Shown: positions 1 to 9,875 of the stretch, piece by piece
How the letters are laid out: each line of letters opens with the position of its first letter
Position numbering within the stretch: position 1 is the first letter of the stretch
Source of the DNA: Candidatus Woesearchaeota archaeon
GTDB lineage: Archaea > Nanobdellota > Nanobdellia > SCGC-AAA011-G17 > JACPNG01
DNA length: 61,172 bases
Reading direction: 5' to 3'
NCBI GenBank assembly: GCA_964455655.1
Contig: CAYVWZ010000001.1
Span: 58,825 to 119,996, forward strand
Notes under the pieces: generated by a model
Databases searched by the model: none
What the model was told of the DNA's origin: nothing
The model's input: only the letters and a program-made list of their open reading frames with translations
Translations under genes and position numbers: made by a program

Positions 1-33
1 TAATATACGTCTTTACTTGAAAGTAGTATACTT

Positions 34-792
34 ATGGACGTGATGACAATGGAGAAACCTGATGTAGCATTATTTGGAGAAGAGGCAAATAAATATCAAT
101 CATTTGCAGAAGCAAGACCTGATTATCAAGCATATCTAAGGATATTTGATAGCACTTTCATAGAAGTTTCAAGACAAATGGGAGACTATCGCCCCGATGT
201 TGTAGAATTTTGTGCTGGTCCAGGGCATATAACTAAGAGACTAAGCGATCATGTTCCACTTGGCAGAGCAACATTAATAGATGTAAATCCAACATTCTTA
301 GACTTAGCAAGAGGCCTTAGAATCAATGCATCATCAATAGACTATGTAGTCGGAGATGTTATAGAAGCTCCTCTCGAAAGAGAATATGACATGGTTGTTT
401 CTTCGTTTGCGTATCACCACATGCCTCCTGATAAAAAACTTGACTATGTTAGAAAAGCAGAGAGAGTATTAAGATCAACAGGTTTTATTTTTTTAGCAGA
501 AATATTTTTACCTAATAAAAAAGCTGAAGAACAATTTTATGGGTTAGTAGCGCAAAGAACACCTGAGACTCAAAAAACTCCAGAATATTTAGGATTTTTA
601 CAAGACCTTGTTGCGAGTACACGTTGCGAATTTAAAGTATCAAAGAGAACAGCAGAACATCACTTCATGAAATATGGATTTGAGAAAGCACAAGAAAAAA
701 AGATTTGGCCAACTGATAATGCTATGCCAGCAGATCAAGGAATGTTTGTACAAATATATCAAAAGCCAGAAGAAAGTCCCCCTTTTCTGTAA
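34..792 (+). CDS. Class I SAM-dependent methyltransferase
   Basis: Motif I-like VVEFCAGPGH, acidic LIDVN, VVGDV, DMVVSSFAYHH; substrate unknown. Confidence 0.8.
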   Translation: MDVMTMEKPDVALFGEEANKYQSFAEARPDYQAYLRIFDSTFIEVSRQMGDYRPDVVEFCAGPGHITKRLSDHVPLGRATLIDVNPTFLDLARGLRINASSIDYVVGDVIEAPLEREYDMVVSSFAYHHMPPDKKLDYVRKAERVLRSTGFIFLAEIFLPNKKAEEQFYGLVAQRTPETQKTPEYLGFLQDLVASTRCEFKVSKRTAEHHFMKYGFEKAQEKKIWPTDNAMPADQGMFVQIYQKPEESPPFL

Positions 793-843
793 TAACACTG
801 TTAACCACAAGTTATAAAAACTGCATAAGAAAAATCAAAACTT

Positions 844-1584
844 ATGACCGATGCACTTCTTATTCAAGATCTTAAAAAAACCTATCACGGAAGACTAACC
901 GTAGAAGCACTTAAAGGAATAAACCTCACCGTAAAAAAAGGAGAATTCTTCGCATTATTAGGCCCGAACGGAGCAGGAAAAACCACCACGATCAACATTC
1001 TCTCAAGCTTAACAAAAAAAACATCAGGTGAAGTAAAAATCAACGGCTTTGATGTAGAAAAAGAATACCAACAAGCACGAATGAGCATAGGACTAGTACC
1101 ACAAGAATTCAATCTAGACATCTTCTCAAGTGTAGAAGAAACATTAGTACATCAAGCAGGATATTTTGGCATACCAAAAAAAGAAGCAGAAGAAAGAATG
1201 GAAGGACTACTCAAAGACTTAGGAATAGCAGACAAGAAAAAAGCAAGAATCAAAGAATTATCAGGCGGAATGAAGAGAAGAGTCATGATCGCAAGAGCAT
1301 TAATGCATAATCCAGCAATCTTAATCCTTGATGAACCAACAGCTGGAGTTGATGTAGAACTACGAAAAACACTGTGGAACTTCACAAAGAGAATAAACAA
1401 AGAAGGAACAACAATCCTCCTCACAACACATTATATAGAAGAAGCACAAGCACTCTGCGAAAGAGCAGCAATTATTAACAAAGGACAAATCATAGCAAAT
1501 GACACCATCAAAAACTTATTAACAAAACACAAATCAGAAAAATTAGAAGACGTATTTATCGCCTTAACAGAGGATAAAAAATGA
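844..1584 (+). CDS. yadG: ABC-2 type exporter ATP-binding subunit (YadG-like)
   Basis: Walker A GPNGAGKTT, signature LSGGMKRR, Walker B ILILDEPT; 4-nt overlap with the permease. Confidence 0.9.
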   Translation: MTDALLIQDLKKTYHGRLTVEALKGINLTVKKGEFFALLGPNGAGKTTTINILSSLTKKTSGEVKINGFDVEKEYQQARMSIGLVPQEFNLDIFSSVEETLVHQAGYFGIPKKEAEERMEGLLKDLGIADKKKARIKELSGGMKRRVMIARALMHNPAILILDEPTAGVDVELRKTLWNFTKRINKEGTTILLTTHYIEEAQALCERAAIINKGQIIANDTIKNLLTKHKSEKLEDVFIALTEDKK

Positions 1585-2345
1585 ACAATCTTGTAGCATT
1601 CAAAACACTTCTTCGAAAAGAACTCTTACGCGTGTTTAGAATATGGAAACAAACATTATTACCACCCGTAATTACAAGCATACTCTACATCCTTATTTTC
1701 GGAGTATCATTAGGATCCTATATTAAAGACTTCCAAGGAGTAACCTACCTACAATTTATTTTACCAGGACTTGCAATGATGGCAGTATTAACGAACGCCT
1801 ATACTAATACTTCATCATCCTTCTTCGGAATGAAATTTCAGTCAAGCATACAAGAAATACTTGTAAGCCCCATATCTAACCTAGCAGTTGTAGGAGCATT
1901 TGTACTAGCAGGAATGATACGAGGAATGATCGTAGGAATACTTGTTTTAATTGTAGGAAGATTATTCACGGACATACCACTCATGCATATGGGTCTCATA
2001 TTATTCTTCTTTGCTGTTGTTGCACTCATATTTGCATCATTAGGACTCTTAAACGGATTAACAGCAAGAAGTTTTGATGATGTTTCCATCTTCCCAACAT
2101 TTGTCATAACACCACTAACATATCTTGGAGGAGTATTCTATTCCATTGCATTACTTCCACCATTCTGGAAAGCACTCTCACAATTTAATCCGTTATTATA
2201 TTTCATCAACGGAATTAGATACGGATTCTTAGGACTCACCGATGTAAACATCTACTTTGCAATAGGACTAAGCAGTATCTTAGCAGCCGGAAGCTTCGGA
2301 TTAGCATGGTACTTATACGCAAAAGGATACAAATTAAAAGATTAA
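1581..2345 (+). CDS. yadH: ABC-2 type exporter permease (YadH-like)
   Basis: About 6 TM segments, QTLLPPVIT and NPLLYFINGIRYGFLG motifs; coupled to the ATPase. Confidence 0.85.
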   Translation: MNNLVAFKTLLRKELLRVFRIWKQTLLPPVITSILYILIFGVSLGSYIKDFQGVTYLQFILPGLAMMAVLTNAYTNTSSSFFGMKFQSSIQEILVSPISNLAVVGAFVLAGMIRGMIVGILVLIVGRLFTDIPLMHMGLILFFFAVVALIFASLGLLNGLTARSFDDVSIFPTFVITPLTYLGGVFYSIALLPPFWKALSQFNPLLYFINGIRYGFLGLTDVNIYFAIGLSSILAAGSFGLAWYLYAKGYKLKD

Positions 2346-2355
2346 AAAAATCGTT

Positions 2356-3207
2356 TTAAAGATGAGAACGACACTTCTTAGAACATGCAGACTTATGCTC
2401 TCGCGCACAAGAATCACAAGAAATAAACATTTTATCACAATCTAATTTTGCACAATTACGATACTCAGCAGAGGGTTGACGACACCAATAACAAATAGTA
2501 ATAGGATCGCTCATATGCTCAGGATCAATATCTATAGCACCTCTCTGGTCAAATACAAAGCACTTACCATCCCAATGCGCATTACCTAATTCTAGACCAT
2601 ACTCAACAATACCCCCATGCAATTGTTGAACATTCTCAAAACCATTCTCACGTAAGAGAACTGTTGCTTTCTCACAACGTATACCACCAGTGCAATACGT
2701 AACAATCTTCTTCTGTTTATACTTCTCTAAAGAGGGAAGAATCGAAGGAAGCTCTCTAAACGTCTCCGTAGGAACTTTAACGGCATTCTTAAAATGACCA
2801 ATATCATATTCATACCCATTACGCATATCAATCAAAATAACATCTTCATTTTTGTCCAATAATGATTTTAGTTCTTTAGGCTCAATATACGGAGCAGTTT
2901 TAGATCTATTATCATTCCAAGAAGAAGCAACAATTTGATCTCTCACACGAATAAACAATTTCTTAAAGGTATGAGCATGAGCAGGAGTCAATTTGAACGT
3001 AACATCAGCAAAACGAGAATCACTCTTCATAACATCAATATATTTTTGGATATCCTCATCAGCACCCGATAAACACCCATTAATACCTTCCTTTCCAAGT
3101 AACACCTTGCCTTTGAGATTAAGAGATCTACATAGTTCAAACTGAGAAGCTTGAAGCTCTTCTAAGCTCTCAAGCACAATGAACTTGTAAAATAATACGT
3201 TTTTCAT
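2356..3207 (-). CDS. trhO: Rhodanese-domain tRNA U34 hydroxylase (TrhO/YceA family)
   Basis: FYKF start, G.EGING, IDMRNGYEYDIGHF, YCTGGIRCEKA, GKCFVFDQR, Cys-rich C-terminus. Confidence 0.85.
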   Translation of the reverse strand: MKNVLFYKFIVLESLEELQASQFELCRSLNLKGKVLLGKEGINGCLSGADEDIQKYIDVMKSDSRFADVTFKLTPAHAHTFKKLFIRVRDQIVASSWNDNRSKTAPYIEPKELKSLLDKNEDVILIDMRNGYEYDIGHFKNAVKVPTETFRELPSILPSLEKYKQKKIVTYCTGGIRCEKATVLLRENGFENVQQLHGGIVEYGLELGNAHWDGKCFVFDQRGAIDIDPEHMSDPITICYWCRQPSAEYRNCAKLDCDKMFISCDSCAREHKSACSKKCRSHL

Positions 3208-3259
3208 AGTTCTTTTTTGAACAATAATGGTTTTAAAGGCTTACGCCACACTATGCGTT

Positions 3260-4018
3260 ATGGGCAGCACTCAAGAAGAGACAGCAAAAAGACTTTTTAT
3301 CCTCCAAGAACTTATCCCAAAGCTTCAGGAAGGATGTATAGGAATTCTTCTTGGTGGGAGTATGGCCTACGGGCAAAATTATTCTATTAGAGAAGGCTCA
3401 GACATTGATTTAGGCATAATCTTACCATCGAGAGCTATAACTAATACCTATGTTCTAGAATTTGGAACACTCGAACAATTAACCTTCTTTACTAACGGGA
3501 TTATAGATATGTTCTGGCTAACGCCTGTTATTAATGGGGTAGAAGTCAACATTTTTGTGTACGAAAAAGAATCGTATGAAGCATTCTTCAAACTTGAAAA
3601 ACCAATGCAATGCTATCTTCAAACACAACCGTCATCAATAGCCTATAGCTATAACTTCGAAGGGATGTTAATATCCTTTAATCGCGTGATGAACCCTCTT
3701 GGCAACGGATGGGTATATATAAGAAACTTTATTATGGACGGGAGGTATGTTGCAATATCCCCTGCACAAGATTATATTTATTCAGCGCAATTCTTGTATG
3801 ATCCTGAACACTTCCTAGAACACATGGAAAAGACATTCTGGAAAGTTGTTATCGGACAACTTGTAAAAGAATATGGTAAAGATCCTGATCTTACCAAAAC
3901 AAGCATACTCAACTTACATTATACCTATATGAAAACACCTGAAAGAGTACCAAAAGAAATTGTGAAAAAGATTCAAGAGAGAACACAAAATGAATTGATA
4001 GTTAATAACTTAAATTAG
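3260..4018 (+). CDS. Hypothetical protein with Pol-beta-superfamily nucleotidyltransferase motif
   Basis: LLGGSMAYG...SDIDL (GS...DxD); start moved to ATG 3260, about 25 nt after a TTTTAAAG box. Confidence 0.5.
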   Translation: MGSTQEETAKRLFILQELIPKLQEGCIGILLGGSMAYGQNYSIREGSDIDLGIILPSRAITNTYVLEFGTLEQLTFFTNGIIDMFWLTPVINGVEVNIFVYEKESYEAFFKLEKPMQCYLQTQPSSIAYSYNFEGMLISFNRVMNPLGNGWVYIRNFIMDGRYVAISPAQDYIYSAQFLYDPEHFLEHMEKTFWKVVIGQLVKEYGKDPDLTKTSILNLHYTYMKTPERVPKEIVKKIQERTQNELIVNNLN

Positions 4019-4026
4019 ACCTGCTG

Positions 4027-4467
4027 TTAATCAAGAAGCCCATCAACTGTTGGAACAAACCACTGCTCTTGTTTTCTTTTTTTCTGTCTAGGCCCTGCCT
4101 CGTTCACTCTCGAAGACCTCTCTAACTCTGCCATATCAAGACCTGGAAGTTTTAACCTTGCCTTATCTAACACTCTTTTTGTAAGAACTTCATCATAGTC
4201 TGTTCTTTTTATTCCAATAACATATGCTCTAACATCACTAAACTTAATTCTCTCTCTCAAAAAATCTGTAACCACAACAGCGTCACCTTCTAATGAAAGA
4301 GTTTTACCCACTAACACTTCACCATCACGCTGCCCATAGACATGACCTTGTCGTATAGACCCATCTCGCAAAGTTATTGTAGTATTATAATGAACTGGAG
4401 GGAAATACGTAAATGGAACACGGTCTGGGAGTCTTTCGAGTAATTCCTTTGTAGACGATTTAGCCAT
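4027..4467 (-). CDS. Hypothetical protein (orphan-like)
   Basis: 146-aa ORF filling the gap, TTTAAATA box upstream; no recognised motif. Confidence 0.6.
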   Translation of the reverse strand: MAKSSTKELLERLPDRVPFTYFPPVHYNTTITLRDGSIRQGHVYGQRDGEVLVGKTLSLEGDAVVVTDFLRERIKFSDVRAYVIGIKRTDYDEVLTKRVLDKARLKLPGLDMAELERSSRVNEAGPRQKKRKQEQWFVPTVDGLLD

Positions 4468-4522
4468 ATTTTTTACAGATCTCTTAGTTATTTAAACATA
4501 ATTATAAGAAAAAATATAGACT

Positions 4523-5017
4523 TTATTCTTTTGGCACAATCTCAACAACTGTAAGGTTGAAATTTAAGTTCTGACCTGCAAGAGGATGATTCATATCAAA
4601 CGTAATAGTCTCATTATCAAATGCAAGAACACGAACAGGAATAGGCTGACCGCGAGCGCTTAGTACTAATTCCTTACCCACTTCTAACGTTACATTTGCA
4701 GGAACAATACTTCGAGGAAGATCTTGAGTTAATTCAGGACGAACAGGACCATATGCCTCTGCTGCTGGAATATGAATAGTTTTTGTTTCTCCAACTTTAA
4801 GACCTATAACACCCTTTTCAAAACCAGGGATAACACGATGTGCACCAACAGTAAACTCTAGAGGATCACGACCTTCAGAAGAATCGAAAACTGTTCCATT
4901 ATCTAAAGAACCAGTATAATGAACTTTAATTGTATCTCCATCTTTAACTTTTTGCATCGAACAGCCTCCAATAATTACGAGTCCCAGCACCAACATCATG
5001 ATGAGAAACTTTTTCAT
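4523..5017 (-). CDS. FKBP-type peptidyl-prolyl isomerase (SlyD-like) with lipoprotein-type signal peptide
   Basis: VHYTGSLDNGTVFDSS, G.H.VIPGFE, DMNHPLAGQNLNF; N-terminus MKKFLIMMLVLGLVIIGG-C from ATG 5017. Confidence 0.88.
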   Translation of the reverse strand: MKKFLIMMLVLGLVIIGGCSMQKVKDGDTIKVHYTGSLDNGTVFDSSEGRDPLEFTVGAHRVIPGFEKGVIGLKVGETKTIHIPAAEAYGPVRPELTQDLPRSIVPANVTLEVGKELVLSARGQPIPVRVLAFDNETITFDMNHPLAGQNLNFNLTVVEIVPKE

Positions 5018-5112
5018 AACAAAAATCGCGGAATAAACGGTATATAAGAGTATTGGTGGTATTTTCACTATTTTTCCTTAACTTTTTATACAAAACACTA
5101 ATCTGAAGAGCC

Positions 5113-5907
5113 ATGTATCAAGAAAAGATCCTTACCTGGTATAAGAAGAACAAAAGAGAGTTACCATGGAGAACCACACAAGACCCATGGAAGATTATTG
5201 TTTCTGAAATCATGCTACAACAAACACAAGTTGATAGAGTCATACCAAAATATTTAGCATTCCTAGAGAAATTTCCAACCCCTGAAGCATGCGCACAAGG
5301 AAATACTTCAGACATACTAAAACTATGGCAGGGACTAGGATACAACTCACGAGGATTACGCTTGAAAAAATTAGCAGAACAATATCCAAACATATTTCCA
5401 AAGATCCCTGAAGACTTGCAAACATTACCGGGAATCGGACCTTATACAGCAAATGCAGTATTAGCTTTTGCTTTCAACAAAGATGTTATGGTACGAGACA
5501 CAAACATCGAACGAGTGCTTTCAAGAATTAAAGGAAAACAACTTAGTAATCAAGAAATCTATAACGAACTCCCAAAAGGAAAATCACGAGAATGGTACAA
5601 TGCACTCATGGACTTAGGAGCAACAACATGCCTTGCAAAAACTCCGAAATGTTCATTATGCCCTGTACAAAAAGAATGCAAGAGCCCAACATTACAAATT
5701 CTTAAGGCAAAACAATCAAAATTCAAAGGAAGCTGGAGAATGTACCGAGGAAAATTAGTACGCGTATTAACAGAACAAAAACAAGTATCACTAGAAAACG
5801 CAAGAAATGAATTACAATTAGAACAAGAACAATTTGATCAACTTGTCAAAGAATTAGAACAAGAAGGATTCATCAAAAAAGAAAAGAATATGCTCAAACT
5901 TTCATAA
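5113..5907 (+). CDS. mutY: A/G-specific adenine DNA glycosylase, short form
   Basis: RELPWR, VSEIMLQQTQV, WQGLGYNSR, HhH LPGIGPYTA, FeS motif C-X6-C-X2-C-X5-C; no NUDIX-like C-domain. Confidence 0.9.
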   Translation: MYQEKILTWYKKNKRELPWRTTQDPWKIIVSEIMLQQTQVDRVIPKYLAFLEKFPTPEACAQGNTSDILKLWQGLGYNSRGLRLKKLAEQYPNIFPKIPEDLQTLPGIGPYTANAVLAFAFNKDVMVRDTNIERVLSRIKGKQLSNQEIYNELPKGKSREWYNALMDLGATTCLAKTPKCSLCPVQKECKSPTLQILKAKQSKFKGSWRMYRGKLVRVLTEQKQVSLENARNELQLEQEQFDQLVKELEQEGFIKKEKNMLKLS

Positions 5908-6874
5908 CCTTCTTTTTTAACATTTCAGCAGTCTCACGTTTTTCAGGGGGAACATATGCTAATCCTAAGTTCTTGTAAATCTCCTTTTCAGTTCTTCCCA
6001 CAAGATACTTATCATCTCTGGTGAATAACCCCCATTCAGAGAGCTTCTTTCCCTGCGCTAAAGCAATACGGCGCATCTCAATATTATGCTCCTTACTACC
6101 CGTAAAATATGCTAATGCAGCACCAAAACTCTTCGCAGGAACAACACGAACATCACACTGAATATCATCCTTTAACAATAACGTAGATTTTGTAGGACCT
6201 TTTGCAAGAATACGAATAACCTCAGGAAGTTTTGTAACAACATCCATTACCACTTCAGGATTTTTTGTAACAATCAATATATCAATATCTTTCACTGTTG
6301 GTTTAAGACGACGAATAGAACCAGCAACTTCTACTTTCTGAACACTACGTAACGCTTTAATTTTATCACGTAATTTCATAGCAAGAGGAAGAACTTGAGC
6401 AAGAGGATAGCGCTTACCCTTTTCTCTACTCACACTCTTCAAAATTTCTTCTTGAGATTTTTCACCAAAACCAGCAAGTTTAGCAATCTTTCCAGATTCT
6501 CCTGCTTTAATTAAATCATCAACAGACTTGATCTTTAATTCTTCATATAATTTCATAACCTTCTTAGGACCAAGGCCAGGAACTTTTAACAAGGTAAGAA
6601 CAACAGCAGGAATAGAAGCCTTGATTTCTTCAAATTCTCTTACTTTACCCGTTTTAAGAAATTCTTCAATCTTCTTAGCAATGGCTTTTCCAACACCATC
6701 AATATCTTCTAAAGCTTTTAATCCACCATTCTTGTAAATACTTTCAATATCATCAGCAAGACCCTCAATACTTTGAGCAGCACGACGATAGGCCCGAGGT
6801 TCCCACACACTACCCTTCATATCAAGAAATTTAGCATTCTCTTCAAGAAGATCAGCAAATGCCTTATTTTTCAT
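5894..6874 (-). CDS. polX: Family X DNA polymerase core lacking the PHP domain
   Basis: RAYRRAA, HhH GVGKAIAKKI and GLGPKK, GSIRR...KDIDIL, CDVRVV, YFTGSKEHN, LSEWGLF. Confidence 0.9.
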   Translation of the reverse strand: MKNKAFADLLEENAKFLDMKGSVWEPRAYRRAAQSIEGLADDIESIYKNGGLKALEDIDGVGKAIAKKIEEFLKTGKVREFEEIKASIPAVVLTLLKVPGLGPKKVMKLYEELKIKSVDDLIKAGESGKIAKLAGFGEKSQEEILKSVSREKGKRYPLAQVLPLAMKLRDKIKALRSVQKVEVAGSIRRLKPTVKDIDILIVTKNPEVVMDVVTKLPEVIRILAKGPTKSTLLLKDDIQCDVRVVPAKSFGAALAYFTGSKEHNIEMRRIALAQGKKLSEWGLFTRDDKYLVGRTEKEIYKNLGLAYVPPEKRETAEMLKKKVMKV

Positions 6875-6917
6875 ACTGATAGAAAGAATGAGATAATTAA
6901 AAGAGTTTTGGATAAAG

Positions 6918-7337
6918 TTATACTCTTAATTTAGTGCGATATTCTCTTGTTAGACTTCTTACTTCTTCGAGCATAGGAATCATTGCTTCAGGACTATATC
7001 CGAAAGTTAATCCAGCGTGACATGCGCTGGTTGCGCCGAGAACTGCCTCAGCGTTAGAAATTTCCCTATAAAATGTAGGACTTGCTTGCGCAATAATATT
7101 AAAATTCCCTAAATCAGCTTGTGCACCTACTAACACTAACCTTTGCGTAGGAGCTTCTGTATCTCTTCCTAACGCTCTTAAAATTATTCCTGTTCGTGTG
7201 TGCAAATGCCTCACAAAGTCTCTTGGGGAGTCTAAACCCCCCCTCACAAGACGTTCACGCATTAATCCTTCAAGAGCTCTTTGAGAATCGCTTTTTCTTA
7301 AATTCAGATGTGCTATTGCTGTTGTTATTGCTTCCAT
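6918..7337 (-). CDS. Hypothetical protein (orphan-like, Arg-rich)
   Basis: 139-aa ORF filling the gap between polX and mpg. Confidence 0.6.
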   Translation of the reverse strand: MEAITTAIAHLNLRKSDSQRALEGLMRERLVRGGLDSPRDFVRHLHTRTGIILRALGRDTEAPTQRLVLVGAQADLGNFNIIAQASPTFYREISNAEAVLGATSACHAGLTFGYSPEAMIPMLEEVRSLTREYRTKLRV

Positions 7338-7390
7338 ATTTTATTCCACAGTCACTATCTCTGAGGGACCAAAATTTCTTATTTATAAAT

Positions 7391-7951
7391 CTATCTTTTA
7401 GAAATATACCTATTATTGTTAATATAAAATCTATACGGTTCTTCCTTTGCTTGAGAAATACCAATACGTGTAGTTTGGATAATATCTTTACATTTAGGAC
7501 CTGGCTTAAGATATAGTGGGCGCTTCGAAAGATCATGCCCATTGTGATCTCTTGTAATATTCATAGCAATCGTTAATTTCCCAGGACCATTACATAATTC
7601 ATGAATAGTTTTTATTTTACGAAACTTCTGCATTAACTCAATACCTTCAATAGGCTCTAATGCACGAATTAAAACAGCACTTCCTTTATTCTCCTTATCT
7701 GTTACCACATTGAAACAATTATACACACCATAAATAAAATAGACATACGCAATACCTGATTTACCAAACATTACAGAATTTCTAGGAGTTTTACCACGAA
7801 AAGAATGGGAAGCAGGATCTCTATCATGATACGCTTCTGTTTCAACAATTCTCCCTACTACTGTACCTTTCGGAGTTTCATGAATAAGATACCATCCTAG
7901 CAGTTCTTTTGCAACGGTTACTGAATCCTGATCAAAGAATGCACGTTTCAT
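7391..7951 (-). CDS. mpg: 3-methyladenine DNA glycosylase (AAG/MPG family)
   Basis: [46 protein letters not shown]. Confidence 0.93.
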   Translation of the reverse strand: MKRAFFDQDSVTVAKELLGWYLIHETPKGTVVGRIVETEAYHDRDPASHSFRGKTPRNSVMFGKSGIAYVYFIYGVYNCFNVVTDKENKGSAVLIRALEPIEGIELMQKFRKIKTIHELCNGPGKLTIAMNITRDHNGHDLSKRPLYLKPGPKCKDIIQTTRIGISQAKEEPYRFYINNNRYISKR

Positions 7952-8340
7952 TTCTTAAAATCTAATGAACAAGAATTAATGCAATACCTTTTTCCTGTTT
8001 TATTCTTCGGACCATCATCAAACACATGCCCTAAATGCCCGCCACATTTTTTACACGTAACCTCAATACGCTTCATACCATGAGACGTATCTTCATGTAA
8101 CTCAACATTACCCTTCTCTGCAACATCATAGAACGAAGGCCAACCTGTTCCTGAATCAAACTTTTTATCAGAAGAAAACAATGGAGCTCCACACGCAGCG
8201 CACGTATACATACCTTTTTCTTTATTATCAACATATTTACCTGTAAATGCAGGTTCAGTTCCTTTCTCTCTTAGAACTCTATACTGTTCAGGGGTTAATT
8301 TTTTCTTCCAATCTTTCTCTGTTTTAGGCATATCTTTCAT
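7948..8340 (-). CDS. msrB: Peptide-methionine (R)-S-oxide reductase
   Basis: [43 protein letters not shown]. Confidence 0.95.
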   Translation of the reverse strand: MKDMPKTEKDWKKKLTPEQYRVLREKGTEPAFTGKYVDNKEKGMYTCAACGAPLFSSDKKFDSGTGWPSFYDVAEKGNVELHEDTSHGMKRIEVTCKKCGGHLGHVFDDGPKNKTGKRYCINSCSLDFKK

Positions 8341-9027
8341 TTAGTTCACCACTTTATAGATTACGTGGATATATGAATTCTTTAACTTATTTACTTTCTC
8401 TAATTTTAATACTTTAATCAACTTTAAGTCATTTTCTGAACGCAATGCATCACCATCCATAAGCGTAGAAGTTGTTCTTCCCCCAATTAAGGTAGGGGCA
8501 ATGACTATCGAAACACTATCAATTAATCCCTCTCTTACAAGCAACGCATTCATTTCTCCACCTGATTGAATAGTAACTCTCTTAATGCCATATTTCTTGT
8601 GTAATTTCTTAAATAACTCTTGAAGATTTAGTTTTGTGTAATAAATAATTTCTAATTCATGAGAGTTTATATTAAATGCGGGATGATTTTTATTCGTCGT
8701 TACTAGATAGAGCTTCTTGCACCACTTTAACATATTCAGCACACCCTGTTTATTCAAGTGTGGTTTGTTATCTACAATAATAAAATTCACAGGAATTCTT
8801 TTGATATCTTTTTTTGTGTTCATACCAATCTTTGCCATGACCCTTCCGGTGTTAAAAGAATGAATATCAGTACGCTTTTCTAATGCATCATACTGATACC
8901 TTCCTTCTTGAAGAACTTTAATTTTTTTAAAATCTTTATCAATATCTCTGTCATCAACATCTCCTGTAGAGATCTTCCCATCTAGTGAAGTTATCATAAA
9001 TAAGGTATTAAACGTTCGATCCTTCAT
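8341..9027 (-). CDS. RibD C-terminal / DHFR-like reductase domain protein
   Basis: [33 protein letters not shown]. Confidence 0.75.
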   Translation of the reverse strand: MKDRTFNTLFMITSLDGKISTGDVDDRDIDKDFKKIKVLQEGRYQYDALEKRTDIHSFNTGRVMAKIGMNTKKDIKRIPVNFIIVDNKPHLNKQGVLNMLKWCKKLYLVTTNKNHPAFNINSHELEIIYYTKLNLQELFKKLHKKYGIKRVTIQSGGEMNALLVREGLIDSVSIVIAPTLIGGRTTSTLMDGDALRSENDLKLIKVLKLEKVNKLKNSYIHVIYKVVN

Positions 9028-9446
9028 TTTCCAATAACCTTTATCAATATTTTTTTATCTCTCTGACCATCAAACTCACCATAGAACACTTGCTCCCAAG
9101 GACCTAAATCTAAATGACCCTGCGTAATTGCAATAACAACCTCTCTGCCCATAATAGTCCTCTTCAAATGAGCATCAGCATTGTTCTCACCAGTTAAATG
9201 ATGATAATAGTTTGGATGTTCAGGAGCTAAATGCTCTAACCATCTCATAAAATCTCTCTTCAACCCCTCTTCTTCATCATTAATAAATATGGAAGAAGTA
9301 ATGTGCATAGTATTTACTAAACAAATACCCTCCTTAATCTTAGAACGAACAATCTCATCTTGAATAATATGAGTAATATTAATGAATTCTTTTTTCAGTT
9401 TCGTATGCATAACAACATATGCCGTATGGGAAAGCATATTCTTCAT
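9024..9446 (-). CDS. yjbQ: YjbQ/UPF0047 family protein
   Basis: [36 protein letters not shown]; start uncertain (9446 or 9437). Confidence 0.9.
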   Translation of the reverse strand: MKNMLSHTAYVVMHTKLKKEFINITHIIQDEIVRSKIKEGICLVNTMHITSSIFINDEEEGLKRDFMRWLEHLAPEHPNYYHHLTGENNADAHLKRTIMGREVVIAITQGHLDLGPWEQVFYGEFDGQRDKKILIKVIGK

Positions 9447-9487
9447 ACGCGAAAACTCTATAAAAGCGTTATTGTTATCTAAAAAAT

Positions 9488-9850
9488 ATGGAAGCACGAA
9501 TGCAAGCGATGGATCTGGACGTGATTATTAGAGAAGAAGAAGATGGATGGAAAATACTCTCTACTGGTGAAGTTCCTCCACTAAGAGGTAAATTAGAGAT
9601 TGATGGTAGAGAAAAACCTTTTTTTGTGTATTGCCAAAATCAAGGAATTGCTGGCATGAGAAGATCTGCGGATGTCCTTACGGTCCCTCCAAACGTTTCA
9701 TTACATGATGCTCAGCAAGTAGTTGTTCGTATCGCATATGGCCCTACACTCTTGCATCTTGCTGGCGGGCACACTCTACGAGAACCTCTAAATGCAGGAG
9801 ATGCTACACTAAATATCCGTTATTATAGAATGCCTCCTCCACAACCTTAA
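9488..9850 (+). CDS. Hypothetical protein (orphan-like)
   Basis: 120-aa ORF with TATAAAAG box about 20 nt upstream. Confidence 0.6.
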   Translation: MEARMQAMDLDVIIREEEDGWKILSTGEVPPLRGKLEIDGREKPFFVYCQNQGIAGMRRSADVLTVPPNVSLHDAQQVVVRIAYGPTLLHLAGGHTLREPLNAGDATLNIRYYRMPPPQP

Positions 9851-9875
9851 AGAATCTTCTCAAAACAATAATTCT

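Noticed and set aside
8341-9027. Riboflavin biosynthesis (ribD) call
   Set aside because: Only the reductase-like domain is present, with no deaminase domain and no rib genes nearby
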